Assembly: GCA_963666365.2 (NCBI GenBank)
Contig: CAXXNF010000002.1
Span: 1,056,001 to 1,120,000, forward strand
Origin: Syntrophales bacterium
GTDB lineage: Bacteria > Desulfobacterota > Syntrophia > Syntrophales > UBA2210
Direction of reading: 5' to 3'
Length of the DNA stretch: 64,000 nucleotides
Both the position numbers and the translations under genes were made by a program. Position 1 is the stretch's first letter. Each line of letters starts with the position of its first letter. Shown piece by piece: positions 38,547 to 48,945 of the stretch. Under the pieces are notes generated by a model. The model ran no database searches. It was not told where the DNA came from and saw only the letters and a program-made list of their open reading frames with translations.

Positions 38547-40274
38547 TCACGCTTCACATTCCTTCATCAGTCCATTCACCGCATTTACAACAAAATCCTC
38601 CGCGTCTTTAAGAGGAACGACTACCATATCTCCCGATTTTCTGAATTGTACCTCCAGCGACCCTTCCGCTAACCGTTTTGCACCGATGGTAACCCGCAGG
38701 GGTATTCCTATCAGATCGGCATCCTTGAACTTTACACCTGCCCGCTCGTCTCTGTCGTCCAGTACCACCTCCAAACCGCGATCCATCAGTTTCTTATAGA
38801 GGTCTTCAGCTGCCTGGGACAGTCTGTCGTCCCCCACGTGTACCGGCGTAATAATCACCTGGAAGGGTGCTATCGACAGGGGCCATATAATGCCGTTATC
38901 ATCGTGACTCTGTTCAATGCAGGCTGCGGCGGTTCTGTTGACTCCTATGCCATAGCATCCCATGATCATTGGTTTTTCTTTGCCGTCGCTGTCGAGAAAT
39001 GCCGCATTCATGGCCTTGCTGTATTTTGTCCCCAGCTTGAACACGTGTCCCACCTCAATGCCGCGGGCAAAGTTAATTCCCCCGCCACATCGGGGACAGC
39101 AGTCCGTTTCCGTGACGACCTTAAGGTCGGCATAGTCGGTAATGGTAAAATCCCTTTTGGCATTGCAGTGCTTCATGTGATAGTTCTCTTTATTGGCGCC
39201 TACCACAAAATTTTTCATGTTGATCAGCGAATAGTCCGCAACGATCCGGCACTTGATCCCTACAGGACCGGCAAATCCCCGGGGTGATCCCGTCGCTTCA
39301 AGGATTACGTCGTCCATTGCAAGCTCAAGGCTTTCGGCGCCGAGATAATTGTTGAGCTTGATCTCGTTGACTTCTTCGTCTCCTCGAATAAGAACTGCCA
39401 CAGGGGTTCCGTCCGCCACGAATATCAGGGTCTTTACGACCTGGGCAGGAGTGACCTTAAAAAAAGCACACACCTCTTCGATGGTTCTCACATCGGGCGT
39501 ATGCACTTCTTCGAGCAGAAGGAGATCCGCCTCGTTTACAGGATGTGTTTCCGGTTTGGCCACCTCGGCTTTTTCCAGATTCGCCGCATAGGTACAGGCG
39601 GTGCAATAGACCATCGCATCTTCTCCCGTATCGGCGGTTACCATGAATTCATGGGAAAAGCTTCCCCCTATGTTGCCGCTGTCCGCCTCTACCGCTCTAA
39701 AATGAAGCCCGCACCGCGTAAATATGCGTTCATAGGCCTTGAACATTTTCTGATAGCTGATCCCCGCACCATCTTCGTCGCAATCGAAGCTGTAGGCGTC
39801 TTTCATGCTGAATTCTCTGCTTCGCATGACACCGAAGCGAGGACGTATCTCGTCTCTGAACTTGGTCTGAATCTGATAGAGGTTTACAGGCAACTGCCGG
39901 TAGGTTTGTATCTCATTTCGCACTATTTCCGTGATCACCTCTTCATGAGTCGGTCCTATGCAGTAATCCCTGTTGTGACGATCCTTGAACCGCAGCAGTT
40001 CCTTTCCGTATTTGTTCCATCGCCCCGACTCCTGCCACAGCTCTGCAGGCTGCACTGCCGGCATGAACACCTCCTGTGCCCCGGCACGGTCCATCTCCTC
40101 GCGAATAATCTCTTCAATTTTCTTTATCGTACGATAGCCGAGGGGAAGATAGGAATAGATCCCACCGGCCAATTTCCGTATCATGCCCGCCCTCAGCATC
40201 AACTGATGACTGACAATTTCCGCATCTGCAGGCGTTTCCTTTGTCGTAGGCAAAAACATCTCCGAATAGCGCAT
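38547..40274 (-). CDS. proS: Prolyl-tRNA synthetase (bacterial type with editing domain)
   Basis: GPTHEE, FRDEIRPRFGVMR, GIEVGHVFKLG and MGCYGIG motifs. Confidence 0.98.
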   Translation of the reverse strand: MRYSEMFLPTTKETPADAEIVSHQLMLRAGMIRKLAGGIYSYLPLGYRTIKKIEEIIREEMDRAGAQEVFMPAVQPAELWQESGRWNKYGKELLRFKDRHNRDYCIGPTHEEVITEIVRNEIQTYRQLPVNLYQIQTKFRDEIRPRFGVMRSREFSMKDAYSFDCDEDGAGISYQKMFKAYERIFTRCGLHFRAVEADSGNIGGSFSHEFMVTADTGEDAMVYCTACTYAANLEKAEVAKPETHPVNEADLLLLEEVHTPDVRTIEEVCAFFKVTPAQVVKTLIFVADGTPVAVLIRGDEEVNEIKLNNYLGAESLELAMDDVILEATGSPRGFAGPVGIKCRIVADYSLINMKNFVVGANKENYHMKHCNAKRDFTITDYADLKVVTETDCCPRCGGGINFARGIEVGHVFKLGTKYSKAMNAAFLDSDGKEKPMIMGCYGIGVNRTAAACIEQSHDDNGIIWPLSIAPFQVIITPVHVGDDRLSQAAEDLYKKLMDRGLEVVLDDRDERAGVKFKDADLIGIPLRVTIGAKRLAEGSLEVQFRKSGDMVVVPLKDAEDFVVNAVNGLMKECEA

Positions 40275-40357
40275 TACTCCTCCTGTATATGCAAAAGGGC
40301 CGAGAGCTCAAGAATTCGAGGATTCGAGTAGCGGGGGGTTCACTTGAATCGCCGGAC

Positions 40358-41443
40358 TTAAACGCCCTTTGCTCCTTTCAGCATGGCATCAATTTCGTCC
40401 ATCAGGACGTGCACAAAATCTTTTTCCTCTATCTTTTTGGTAATTTTACCCTTTTTAAAAAGCACTCCCGAGTGCCGACCGCCGGCAATGCCGATATCCG
40501 CCTCCGCGGCCTCGCCGGGCCCATTGACCACACATCCCATGAGAGCGATCTTGATGTGTTCCTTCATGCCGAAAAGGCGCCGTTCCACTTCATCGACCAG
40601 TGCAGGGAGATCTATCTCACAACGGCCGCAGGTCGGACATGAAATGATATCGGGTCCCACTTTGCGCATATTCAGGGCGCCCAGAATTCCGTACGCAACG
40701 GAGACTTCATTTACGGGATCGCCGGTAATCGATACACGGATGGTATCGCCGATTCCTTCATAGAGAAGCGCTCCCAGACCAATGGAAGATTTTATGGTGG
40801 AACGCAGCAATCCGCCGGCCTCGGTCACTCCCAGATGAAGCGGATAGTCCGTTTTTTGCGAAATTTCGCGGTAGGCCTCAATCATTGTGGCAACATCGGA
40901 AGATTTAAGTGAGAGCTTGATCGCATCAAAATCCTGTTCCTCGAAAAACGCAATGTTTCGAAGCGCACTTTCCACCAACGCCGAAGCAGTGGGGCCTCCG
41001 TGCCTTTTCAGGATATCTTTTTCCAGAGAACCTGCATTGACGCCGATCCTGATGGCGGCATCCCGTTCCCGGGCTGCCTCGATGACCGATCGCAGGTGTT
41101 CCCTGGGCGTGTTTCCCGGATTAATTCTGATCGCATCCACCCCCTGCTCCAGGGCTCTCAAGGCAAGACGATGATTGAAATGGATATCCGCGATCAGTGG
41201 AATATGTATCTGTTTTTTTATCTCGGCCAAAGCTTCTGCAGCAACTATATCGGGAACAGCAAGTCGCACGACTTCGCAGCCTGCCTCTTCCAATCGAACG
41301 ATCTGTGCCACCGTTGCATTGACATCCCTCGTATCGGTACAGGTCATAGATTGTACCACCACAGGGGCGTTACCACCGATTTTTACAGAACCGACTGAAA
41401 TTTCTTTTGTTTTATTTCTCTTATGCGTCATACAACCTGTCAC
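40358..41443 (-). CDS. ispG: (E)-4-hydroxy-3-methylbut-2-enyl diphosphate synthase
   Basis: QSMT, ADIHF, RINPGN, CPTCGR and GCVVNGPGE motifs. Confidence 0.97.
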   Translation of the reverse strand: MTGCMTHKRNKTKEISVGSVKIGGNAPVVVQSMTCTDTRDVNATVAQIVRLEEAGCEVVRLAVPDIVAAEALAEIKKQIHIPLIADIHFNHRLALRALEQGVDAIRINPGNTPREHLRSVIEAARERDAAIRIGVNAGSLEKDILKRHGGPTASALVESALRNIAFFEEQDFDAIKLSLKSSDVATMIEAYREISQKTDYPLHLGVTEAGGLLRSTIKSSIGLGALLYEGIGDTIRVSITGDPVNEVSVAYGILGALNMRKVGPDIISCPTCGRCEIDLPALVDEVERRLFGMKEHIKIALMGCVVNGPGEAAEADIGIAGGRHSGVLFKKGKITKKIEEKDFVHVLMDEIDAMLKGAKGV

Positions 41444-41523
41444 ATGCGCCTTTGTATCGCTTCAGATATAGCATGAATATAAAAGACCGATCAATGATTA
41501 AATATTCAACGCTTTCGTACAGA

Positions 41524-42936
41524 TCACCTCTCTGCCTTCAATGAGCCTTCGAAGCGACCATCCCGCAGACAGGTCAACACCTCTTTGCGATATTCTCTTG
41601 AGAAAGGCCGCGGCTCGCGCAGTATCTCGGGCACATCCGAATTCATCAGGGACAGCAGTCTATTGAGTGCGCAGTACATATCCACGGGCGGGCACACATG
41701 CCTCGTCATGTATCTGACGAGTTTAAACGTTTTGAGCGCGTCAAACCAGCTATGGATGTGCCGCAGCATCACCACATCACGTGTGCTGTTGTTTCCCAGT
41801 TTCCGCCACACCGGCGCAATGCCTTCTCTCACAAGAAAATCCGCAAGGGCAGGATGAATTTCCCTTGCCTGTTCCACTATATGTTCTTCATTACTCATTA
41901 CATTGTGCCTTATGCATTGAAGCCACTGCTTCAGGATATGAAACACTTCGGGATCATAGGTCACATAGTGAACAGGACGTCCATCGCCCAGTCGCGCCAT
42001 CGTCTTTCCCGTGCCGAAGGGGACGCGCATCGACACCCGCGCAGAGGGGCGCACGCGAGTATCGGTGATAATTGAAAGGGCCGTCGTTTTCTCCAGTTTA
42101 TTGAGAAAGTAAAAGTCTTCTCCCGCATCCCTGACACTCATTCCCCTGACCGACAGATACCCTTCCGCCGTGCAGACGATAGTTGAGCCGATGGAGTGAT
42201 AGGCGTAGGGAGACCCGGCATATTGCAGACCCAGAGTGTAATACCGTATAAATGTTTCATACCAGCATATCGCATCATCCGTCTTTTCGTCTTCTCCCTG
42301 CTGATGCGAAAAGGCAACGACAGCAGCGTTCAGTGCGCGACTCTTAAAGTGTGAGCGGATGCTTTTCAGATAGTTGGGTTCGACCAGGGCATCGGCATCA
42401 AGAGAAAAAATCAATCGCTGCCCCTGCGCATTATAATCAAACACCTTTAACGCCGCATCCATGCCGATTTTTCTCGCAAGACCCACGCCACCTCTTTTGC
42501 GCGGCAGTTCAAGGCCCGGCGACGATGCATCGATATAGGCAAGAGGAAGCCCGGCATCTATAATTTCCCTTGCTTCAGAACCGTCTTCCGGCAAGGGACG
42601 CCTGTCCATAATCCGGCGTACTGCATCGATGGTTGCGCGATTATCTGCGATATCGGCGTTCGCTGCATCTCCTTCCTCCCTGTTGTTTATCACACAGAGG
42701 GCAAGAGTTTTTTTGATCTGTGCACGATCATTTCTGGAAAGCGATGCAAGGGTTCTAAAAAGGTGCGCCGATTCCGCCAGTGCAGGAATGACGACCACAC
42801 TCTCGATACCGCCGAGAACCGGTTTTGTAATGCGCCACTTCCTGTCAGCCCCGTAACACCTCAGATACTTTTGAACCTTTGGGGGAACTGCCGCCCTTTC
42901 ATCGGCTGTATCATCGCAACTTTGTAATTTCTTCAT
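41524..42936 (-). CDS. Glycosyltransferase family 2-like protein of unknown function
   Basis: VVIPA, GVGLARKIGMD, SLDAD (DxD) and AGEDFYFLNK motifs. Confidence 0.7.
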   Translation of the reverse strand: MKKLQSCDDTADERAAVPPKVQKYLRCYGADRKWRITKPVLGGIESVVVIPALAESAHLFRTLASLSRNDRAQIKKTLALCVINNREEGDAANADIADNRATIDAVRRIMDRRPLPEDGSEAREIIDAGLPLAYIDASSPGLELPRKRGGVGLARKIGMDAALKVFDYNAQGQRLIFSLDADALVEPNYLKSIRSHFKSRALNAAVVAFSHQQGEDEKTDDAICWYETFIRYYTLGLQYAGSPYAYHSIGSTIVCTAEGYLSVRGMSVRDAGEDFYFLNKLEKTTALSIITDTRVRPSARVSMRVPFGTGKTMARLGDGRPVHYVTYDPEVFHILKQWLQCIRHNVMSNEEHIVEQAREIHPALADFLVREGIAPVWRKLGNNSTRDVVMLRHIHSWFDALKTFKLVRYMTRHVCPPVDMYCALNRLLSLMNSDVPEILREPRPFSREYRKEVLTCLRDGRFEGSLKAER

Positions 42937-43877
42937 ACCCCTCCCATGCGCGCTTCTACCAGGGATTTGAGAGAAAAATAGTCATCGAATTCGAACCAGT
43001 GTATGCCTATTCCCTTCCGCTCCATCCGCCTGAACCAGGTTTCCTGCCTTTTTGCAAACTGCCTGATCCGTGCAGTAAGAACAGTTACCATTTCGTCATA
43101 GGTAAGTTCACCTTGAAGGTACCTGCCCACATATCGATATTCGAGACCGAAGGAGTCCAGCTTTTCCCAGCTTAGCCCCCCCAGATGAAGTTCTTTCACT
43201 TCTTCCACCATCCCCATCTTCAAACGATCCCGCAGACGCAGTTCTATGCGCTTGTGCAGCAGTGATCGTTCAATGCGTATGCCTGTTACAAGAGGGATAA
43301 CGTCCGGTTTTTTAACCATTGTATCCGATGGGGCGCAGACACTCCGCTCTTCTATTTCTATGGCTCTGATCAGACGGCTTTTATCAAGAAGATCGGTGGT
43401 GTTGTGGAGCGCGGGATTGAGATCATGCAAGCGCTTCCGAAGCGTTTCCATGTCATGCCCTTCGAGTTCCTCATGCATCTGCGGATCTGGAGGAACCCGC
43501 GCCATGTCGTACCCCTCTATAACCGATTCGAGATAGAGGCCTGTGCCGCCGACAAGAATCGGGATTGCCCGACGCTGATGCACTTCCTCAAAGACACGGT
43601 AGAATTGCTGCTGATATTCGAAGAGATTGAACTCATACTCGGGATCGACAATGTCAATCAGGTGGTACGGAATCGATCGACCTTTTTTTGAAAATTCCCC
43701 GTAATCCTTTCCCGTTCCAAGATCCATGCCGCGATACACCTGCCGCGAGTCGGCAGAAATGATTTCTCCGCCTGTATCTAAGGCAAGGTCAACCGCCAGG
43801 CTGGTTTTTCCCGACGCCGTGGGGCCAAGGATGACAACAAGATTATATGGCTTTCTATGGTCTCTGCAATCGGACAT
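42933..43877 (-). CDS. miaA: tRNA dimethylallyltransferase
   Basis: GPTASGKT, ADSRQVY, VGGTGLY and FAKRQETWF motifs. Confidence 0.96.
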   Translation of the reverse strand: MSDCRDHRKPYNLVVILGPTASGKTSLAVDLALDTGGEIISADSRQVYRGMDLGTGKDYGEFSKKGRSIPYHLIDIVDPEYEFNLFEYQQQFYRVFEEVHQRRAIPILVGGTGLYLESVIEGYDMARVPPDPQMHEELEGHDMETLRKRLHDLNPALHNTTDLLDKSRLIRAIEIEERSVCAPSDTMVKKPDVIPLVTGIRIERSLLHKRIELRLRDRLKMGMVEEVKELHLGGLSWEKLDSFGLEYRYVGRYLQGELTYDEMVTVLTARIRQFAKRQETWFRRMERKGIGIHWFEFDDYFSLKSLVEARMGGV

Positions 43878-44031
43878 GGATTAGAACGTCTCGTACCTCG
43901 GGTTCCATTCCGTATATCAGAATTTTCGAGATGCGAAAACCATATGTGTCACAATACGGCGGGAGGTGTGTTATGAAGTAATCGAGAGGGGAAATCCTTT
44001 ATGTAAAGAAAATCCCCCCGCTTGTTTCGAG

Positions 44032-44427
44032 TTACAGTTTCACTGTGAGTACCGGACATGGAGAGTTCAGAATAACGTACTGGGCATTTGAGCCGAGCAG
44101 AAATTTTCCTACTTTCGATCTCATCTTCACTCCCACTATCACTAATTCAGCTTTTTGCTCCGCGGCAAACTCGACAATATCCTCACCGGGAGTGAGACCA
44201 TGAATCAGAAGATGGGCTTCACATTCAAGGCCCTCTTTTTTCACTGCTTCTTCCGCGTATTGAAGTCCTTTTCTCGCATTGTCTATGTCGTCAACCTTCT
44301 CATTTCGACCGCCTTCGAGAGAAGTAATCACTATCACCTTTGCCCCAAGAATCTTTGCATACTTTTTTGCGAGATCCAGTGCCATCTGAGACATTCTCGA
44401 CCCTTCATACCCTACAATTATTTTCAT
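44032..44427 (-). CDS. Universal stress protein
   Basis: KIIVGYEGS N-terminus; LLGSNAQYVILNSPCPVLTV C-terminus. Confidence 0.92.
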   Translation of the reverse strand: MKIIVGYEGSRMSQMALDLAKKYAKILGAKVIVITSLEGGRNEKVDDIDNARKGLQYAEEAVKKEGLECEAHLLIHGLTPGEDIVEFAAEQKAELVIVGVKMRSKVGKFLLGSNAQYVILNSPCPVLTVKL

Positions 44428-44522
44428 GCCTTCCTCCTTTTTCTCGAAGCCTCAAAGATTTTATTACATCCTAAAATTATGAATGAATTTTGGCAATGTT
44501 TTTTTTCATAATGAATATAGTG

Positions 44523-45764
44523 TCAATCCAGGCGGTGAACGAAAAGGCCGCTACGGAGTTTCGGCTCGAACCACGTGGATTTGGGAGGCATAATATGCCC
44601 CGAATCGGAAACCGCCATCAACTGGTTCATATCGGTGGGATACAACGAAATTGCCAGTTCATATTCACCGGAATCCACACGCTGTTCGAGTTCTTTTGTT
44701 CCCCGTATACCCCCTACGAAATCAATTCTTGGATCATGTCTCATGTCGGCAATGCCGAGAATAGGCGTAAGCAGGGTATTTTCGAGCAGCGATACATCAA
44801 GGGACTCCACAATCCCCATATCCGCAGGCAATGGACCTCTGAGCGAAAGTTTGTACCAGCATCCCTTCATATACATTCCGAATTCACGTGAATTCCGCGG
44901 CGCTTTTTCCTTGAAAGGACTGAAAAGGTAAAAATGTTTTTCAACAGTCGTCATGAAATGTTCCGCACTCATGCCGCCGAGATCCTTTACGATTCTGTGG
45001 TAGGGAAGAATTTTAAGCTGGTCATGGGGAAAGATAACGGCCATTATTCGATTGTACGATTCGTTGCCCCTGTGGGCCGGGTTTCTTTCACGGCGCAGCT
45101 TTGCCACCGTCGCTGCCGATGCGGCACGGTGATGACCGTCCGCGATGTACAGGGCGTCTACCGCCGCAAACTTCTCTGTGAGCGCCCCTATCAAATCATC
45201 ACGGTCAATAACCCAGACCGTATGAACGATTCCATCATCGGCGGTGAAATGATACTCCGGTTCACCCTCGACAACCTTCTTTACTATAGCATCGATGGAG
45301 GTCCGGCTTTTATAGGTCATAAATACGGGGCCCGTTTGCGCCCCCACGATGTCTATGTGGCGTGTTCGGTCCATCTCCTTGTCGGCGCGGGTTAATTCGT
45401 GCCGCTTTATTGTTCCTGCCTCATATTCTTCTGTATCGACAAGTGCCACGACGCCATGCTGCACGTGATCGCCCATTTGTTGACGGTATATGTATAATCT
45501 GGGGGTTTGATCCTGCATGAAAATCCCCTCACCTATCATAGCGGCAAATGTATCCCGCGCCTTGTCATAGACGATTGCGTCATAACTATCCGTCGCATCG
45601 GGTAAGTCAATTTCCGATTTGATTACATGTAAAAAACTTTTTGAATTCCCCCGGGCAATACTTCGGGCCTCTTGACGATTCACCACATCGTAGGCGCAGG
45701 AGGCCACATCCTTTGCGTACTCTTTTTTTGGCCTGAAGGCCTTAAACGGTTCTATTACACTCAT
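44523..45764 (-). CDS. DUF1015 family protein
   Basis: HELT, YIADGHHR and MPPKSTWFEPKLRSGL motifs. Confidence 0.92.
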   Translation of the reverse strand: MSVIEPFKAFRPKKEYAKDVASCAYDVVNRQEARSIARGNSKSFLHVIKSEIDLPDATDSYDAIVYDKARDTFAAMIGEGIFMQDQTPRLYIYRQQMGDHVQHGVVALVDTEEYEAGTIKRHELTRADKEMDRTRHIDIVGAQTGPVFMTYKSRTSIDAIVKKVVEGEPEYHFTADDGIVHTVWVIDRDDLIGALTEKFAAVDALYIADGHHRAASAATVAKLRRERNPAHRGNESYNRIMAVIFPHDQLKILPYHRIVKDLGGMSAEHFMTTVEKHFYLFSPFKEKAPRNSREFGMYMKGCWYKLSLRGPLPADMGIVESLDVSLLENTLLTPILGIADMRHDPRIDFVGGIRGTKELEQRVDSGEYELAISLYPTDMNQLMAVSDSGHIMPPKSTWFEPKLRSGLFVHRLD

Positions 45765-45980
45765 TAATCTCTACAACTCCCTTTAAATTCGTGTAGTTCT
45801 AGCATAAATGCGCTCCTAAGATCAACAGAATTACATCGCAGGTCCCTCTTTATCGGTCTGTCACTTGCAAAATTTCACGCTGAGTAGTAAGGAAAGTGGA
45901 AAAGTAGGAAGAGTGGGAAGAGGGGTTTTATTTTTCAGACGTCTCATCCCACTCCTTAATGATGCGAAGGGAAGAATCCG

Positions 45981-46463
45981 ATGAGCGATGTAACGAGGGT
46001 GTTTATCCACGGACTCGAAAGCAGCGGGAAGGGCACGAAAGGCCTGTTTTTCAGTGAACATTACCCTGACATGATTATTGAAGATTATTATGGCCCGCTC
46101 GGCGCAAGAATGGATACGCTGCAAAAGGTCCTTGAAGGGAAGGATGCGCTCATTCTCGTGGGTTCCAGTTATGGTGGATTGATGGCGGTGTTGTTTGCCT
46201 GCGCCAACCCGGAGAGGGTGAAAAAACTGATCCTGCTGGCGCCGGCTCTCGAACTGCAGGAGTGTGCCGAGTTCAAAGACAGGCGGCTCGATATCCCTGC
46301 AATCGTCTATCACGGGCGGCATGATGACGTTGTGCCTGTAGAGCCGGTACGAAAAATTGCCGCCGACATGTTTCCAAACCTCGAGCACCACATTATTGAT
46401 GACAACCATTCCATAGAAAAAAACTTCAAATTGCTGGATTGGAAACGTCTCCTGTGCTATTGA
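45981..46463 (+). CDS. Small alpha/beta hydrolase (YqiA-like)
   Basis: FIHGLES, GSSYGG nucleophile elbow, HGRHDDVVP and catalytic His. Confidence 0.88.
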   Translation: MSDVTRVFIHGLESSGKGTKGLFFSEHYPDMIIEDYYGPLGARMDTLQKVLEGKDALILVGSSYGGLMAVLFACANPERVKKLILLAPALELQECAEFKDRRLDIPAIVYHGRHDDVVPVEPVRKIAADMFPNLEHHIIDDNHSIEKNFKLLDWKRLLCY

Positions 46464-46535
46464 CAATCAGTTGCGCTGTTGTATATTCATTCTTGACGCA
46501 TCATATGCGAGTGAAGTGATAGAAGGACCGATCAA

Positions 46536-46955
46536 ATGGAAGCATCATTTTCACAAAAAATTGTGATTCGGTATACTGCAGAGAACGTGAGTCAACCTGT
46601 GGTGTGCAGGCTCGCCCGGGATTATGACCTGGATTTCAACATCCTCCATGCCCGGGTCCTTCCCAAGCGCGAGGGGGTGCTGGCGCTCGATCTGTCAGGG
46701 ACAAAGGAAAATTTCGACCGGGGCATTCGATATCTGAAAGAGGCGGGACTCAGGGTAGAACCGCTGTCGAAAAGCGTCACCCGCAATGTTGAGCGGTGTG
46801 TCCACTGTGGATCATGCACGGCGTTCTGTTCCACCGGCGCCCTTTCCATCGATCCCGTAACCATGGAGGTTATCTTCGATTCCGATCGCTGCAGCGGCTG
46901 TTCGATCTGTGTCAAGGCGTGCCCGGCGCGGGCCATGGAAATCAATCTTCTCTGA
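46536..46955 (+). CDS. NIL domain + 2x[4Fe-4S] ferredoxin protein
   Basis: DFNIL motif and two CxxCxxCxxxC motifs. Confidence 0.92.
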   Translation: MEASFSQKIVIRYTAENVSQPVVCRLARDYDLDFNILHARVLPKREGVLALDLSGTKENFDRGIRYLKEAGLRVEPLSKSVTRNVERCVHCGSCTAFCSTGALSIDPVTMEVIFDSDRCSGCSICVKACPARAMEINLL

Positions 46956-46959
46956 GGAA

Positions 46960-47310
46960 TTATTTTTTATCTGCGAAGAATTCACTCCCCTTCTCGACGA
47001 TTCTGTCTACTTTTTCTGTAAAGACTTTGCCTTTTTCGATCGCACCTCTGCCCTTTTCCATGATGTCGCCTGTATGAGTCCTGACGTCCTCTATGGTGGT
47101 TTGAATTTTGTCGGAAAATTCATTCGGCGCCTTGTAGTAGAGGTACCCGGCAATGCACAAAAGCACTATCCCGAGTATTAAAACCAGTTTGATGATTTTT
47201 TTCATCAGGAAGTAGAAAATTAAAAGCGCCAGAAGCGCCATCGCCATCAGAGCGACCGGGTTGGCAGACAGATACTGCAATAAATCGTCCAACGGGAATA
47301 CCTCCTGCAA
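46960..47310 (-). CDS. Small membrane protein, hypothetical
   Basis: Two hydrophobic segments followed by an amphipathic tail; start uncertain. Confidence 0.7.
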   Translation of the reverse strand: MQEVFPLDDLLQYLSANPVALMAMALLALLIFYFLMKKIIKLVLILGIVLLCIAGYLYYKAPNEFSDKIQTTIEDVRTHTGDIMEKGRGAIEKGKVFTEKVDRIVEKGSEFFADKK

Positions 47311-47315
47311 CGGCG

Positions 47316-47729
47316 TTAGAGGGTGATAACCGGTCTAAACAGAGGAATGGCGACCTCTTCGGTTCTGTCATCCCAGACCACTTCAACCGGCATGTTGCAC
47401 CGCACCTCATCGGGCCGGCATCCGATTATATTTGTGATGAGATGAGGCCCTTCATCAAGTTCCACTATCGCCGCCACATAGGGAACCTCTCCGGTGAATG
47501 CGGGATGAAAGGCCTTGTGATACACGACATAGCTGTACACTCGTCCCCTCCCTGACGCAACAGTCCATTCCGAGTTTCTTGAGCAGCACTTCGGGCAGAG
47601 AAACGAAGGCGGCATACGAAAGGCGCCACAGTTGCGGCACTGCTGGATTTTCAGCTGGTGTGTTCCACAGGCGTCCCAGAACGGCTTTGTATCGGCATTG
47701 ATGCCCGGCAAAGGTTTAATATCGCTCAT
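47316..47729 (-). CDS. Zn-ribbon/OB-fold DUF35 protein (thiolase partner)
   Basis: PFWDAC, CRNC...CPKC, SGRGRVYSY and VELDEGP motifs. Confidence 0.93.
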   Translation of the reverse strand: MSDIKPLPGINADTKPFWDACGTHQLKIQQCRNCGAFRMPPSFLCPKCCSRNSEWTVASGRGRVYSYVVYHKAFHPAFTGEVPYVAAIVELDEGPHLITNIIGCRPDEVRCNMPVEVVWDDRTEEVAIPLFRPVITL

Positions 47730-47733
47730 GATA

Positions 47734-48888
47734 TTACCACCTCCTCAGTATGTAACAGGCATGGGTTTGCAATATGCCCCCATTATCGCTGCACAGAATT
47801 ATTTCCGGTTCTCTTGTGTCGGTGGCGGGACCCAGTTGCCGACCGCCGCAACGACCCATGAGCTGCATGACTGCTTCCGTAAGCGGCGTCAGTCCCATAT
47901 GATAGGCTTCCGAAAGCTGTCCCCCTGAGGTATTGACCGGCATGGCGCCTCCCGGTTCGATTGTTCCGCCGGCAAACCATCCCTCTCCTTCGCCGGGACC
48001 GAAAAATCCATAATCCTGAAGAGTTATTTCAACCGTGTAGGTAAAACAGTCGTAAATTTCACAGGCATCTATATCGGAAAGGGCAATTCCCGCCATATGA
48101 AGGGCGTCCGCACCCGCTCTCACGGCGCCGGTGGGGCCGGCAAGATGGAGGGCCGTCTGAAGATCAGCCGACGGGTTGTGCTGCCCCATCCCCATAATCG
48201 TGACAAGATTGTGTTTGAGGTCGCGGGCGCGTTCAACCGTTGTTACTATGCAGGCCCTTCCTCCATCATTGATCAGGCAGTTATCGGGAAGGCGGAATGG
48301 TTCGACCAGCCATTTTGAATTGAGATACTCTTCCTCGGTCATCGTGCGATCATGCATTATGGCCCGTGGATTGAGGTTCGCCCACTTTCGCTGCCCTACG
48401 GCGATGTGTTTCCATGTATCGGGACCGGTATGAAATTCATGCATCGCCCTGCGTGCGGCCATTGCATATCCCCCCGTTGCACCAAAAAGACCCCATATCG
48501 CTTCGTCACCGCTCATTTCCGTGAGCATTTTTACCATGCTGTCGCCAGAATGAGCGTACGAGAGAAGCACATAGTTACAAAGACCCGATTCAAGCGCGCC
48601 AACTGCGTGCAGTAAATGACTGCGCGATCAATTCGCGTCCTGCGCCATAAATGTGGGAGATAATCCCAGCTGCTGCGCCACAAGATAGGGCGTCACATCC
48701 CTTTCACCGGTCGGTGCAATAAAATGTCTGTAGAGAATAAGCCCGTCGATGTCCCGGGGGTTTAACCCCGCATCTTCAATCGCCTGCGCGCATGCCTCCA
48801 GATGAAAACTGAGCGTTGTTCTATCCGACACGTTCCCCTGAGGGGTATATCCTACCCCGACTATGGCATATTTGTCCTTCACACTCAT
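47734..48888 (-). CDS. Thiolase-fold protein (SCP2/Ltp2-like) with in-frame TGA at codon 87 (candidate selenocysteine, otherwise pseudogene)
   Basis: The two track ORFs 48930-48628 and 48570-47734 share one frame; read-through gives 384 aa with AIVGVG, EIYDCFT and NTSGGQLSEAY motifs. Confidence 0.85.
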
Positions 48889-48945
48889 AGGGCCCTCCTT
48901 TTCGACTGCAGTATTTCCGTTTATATGCACACGACTCGAATTCCC

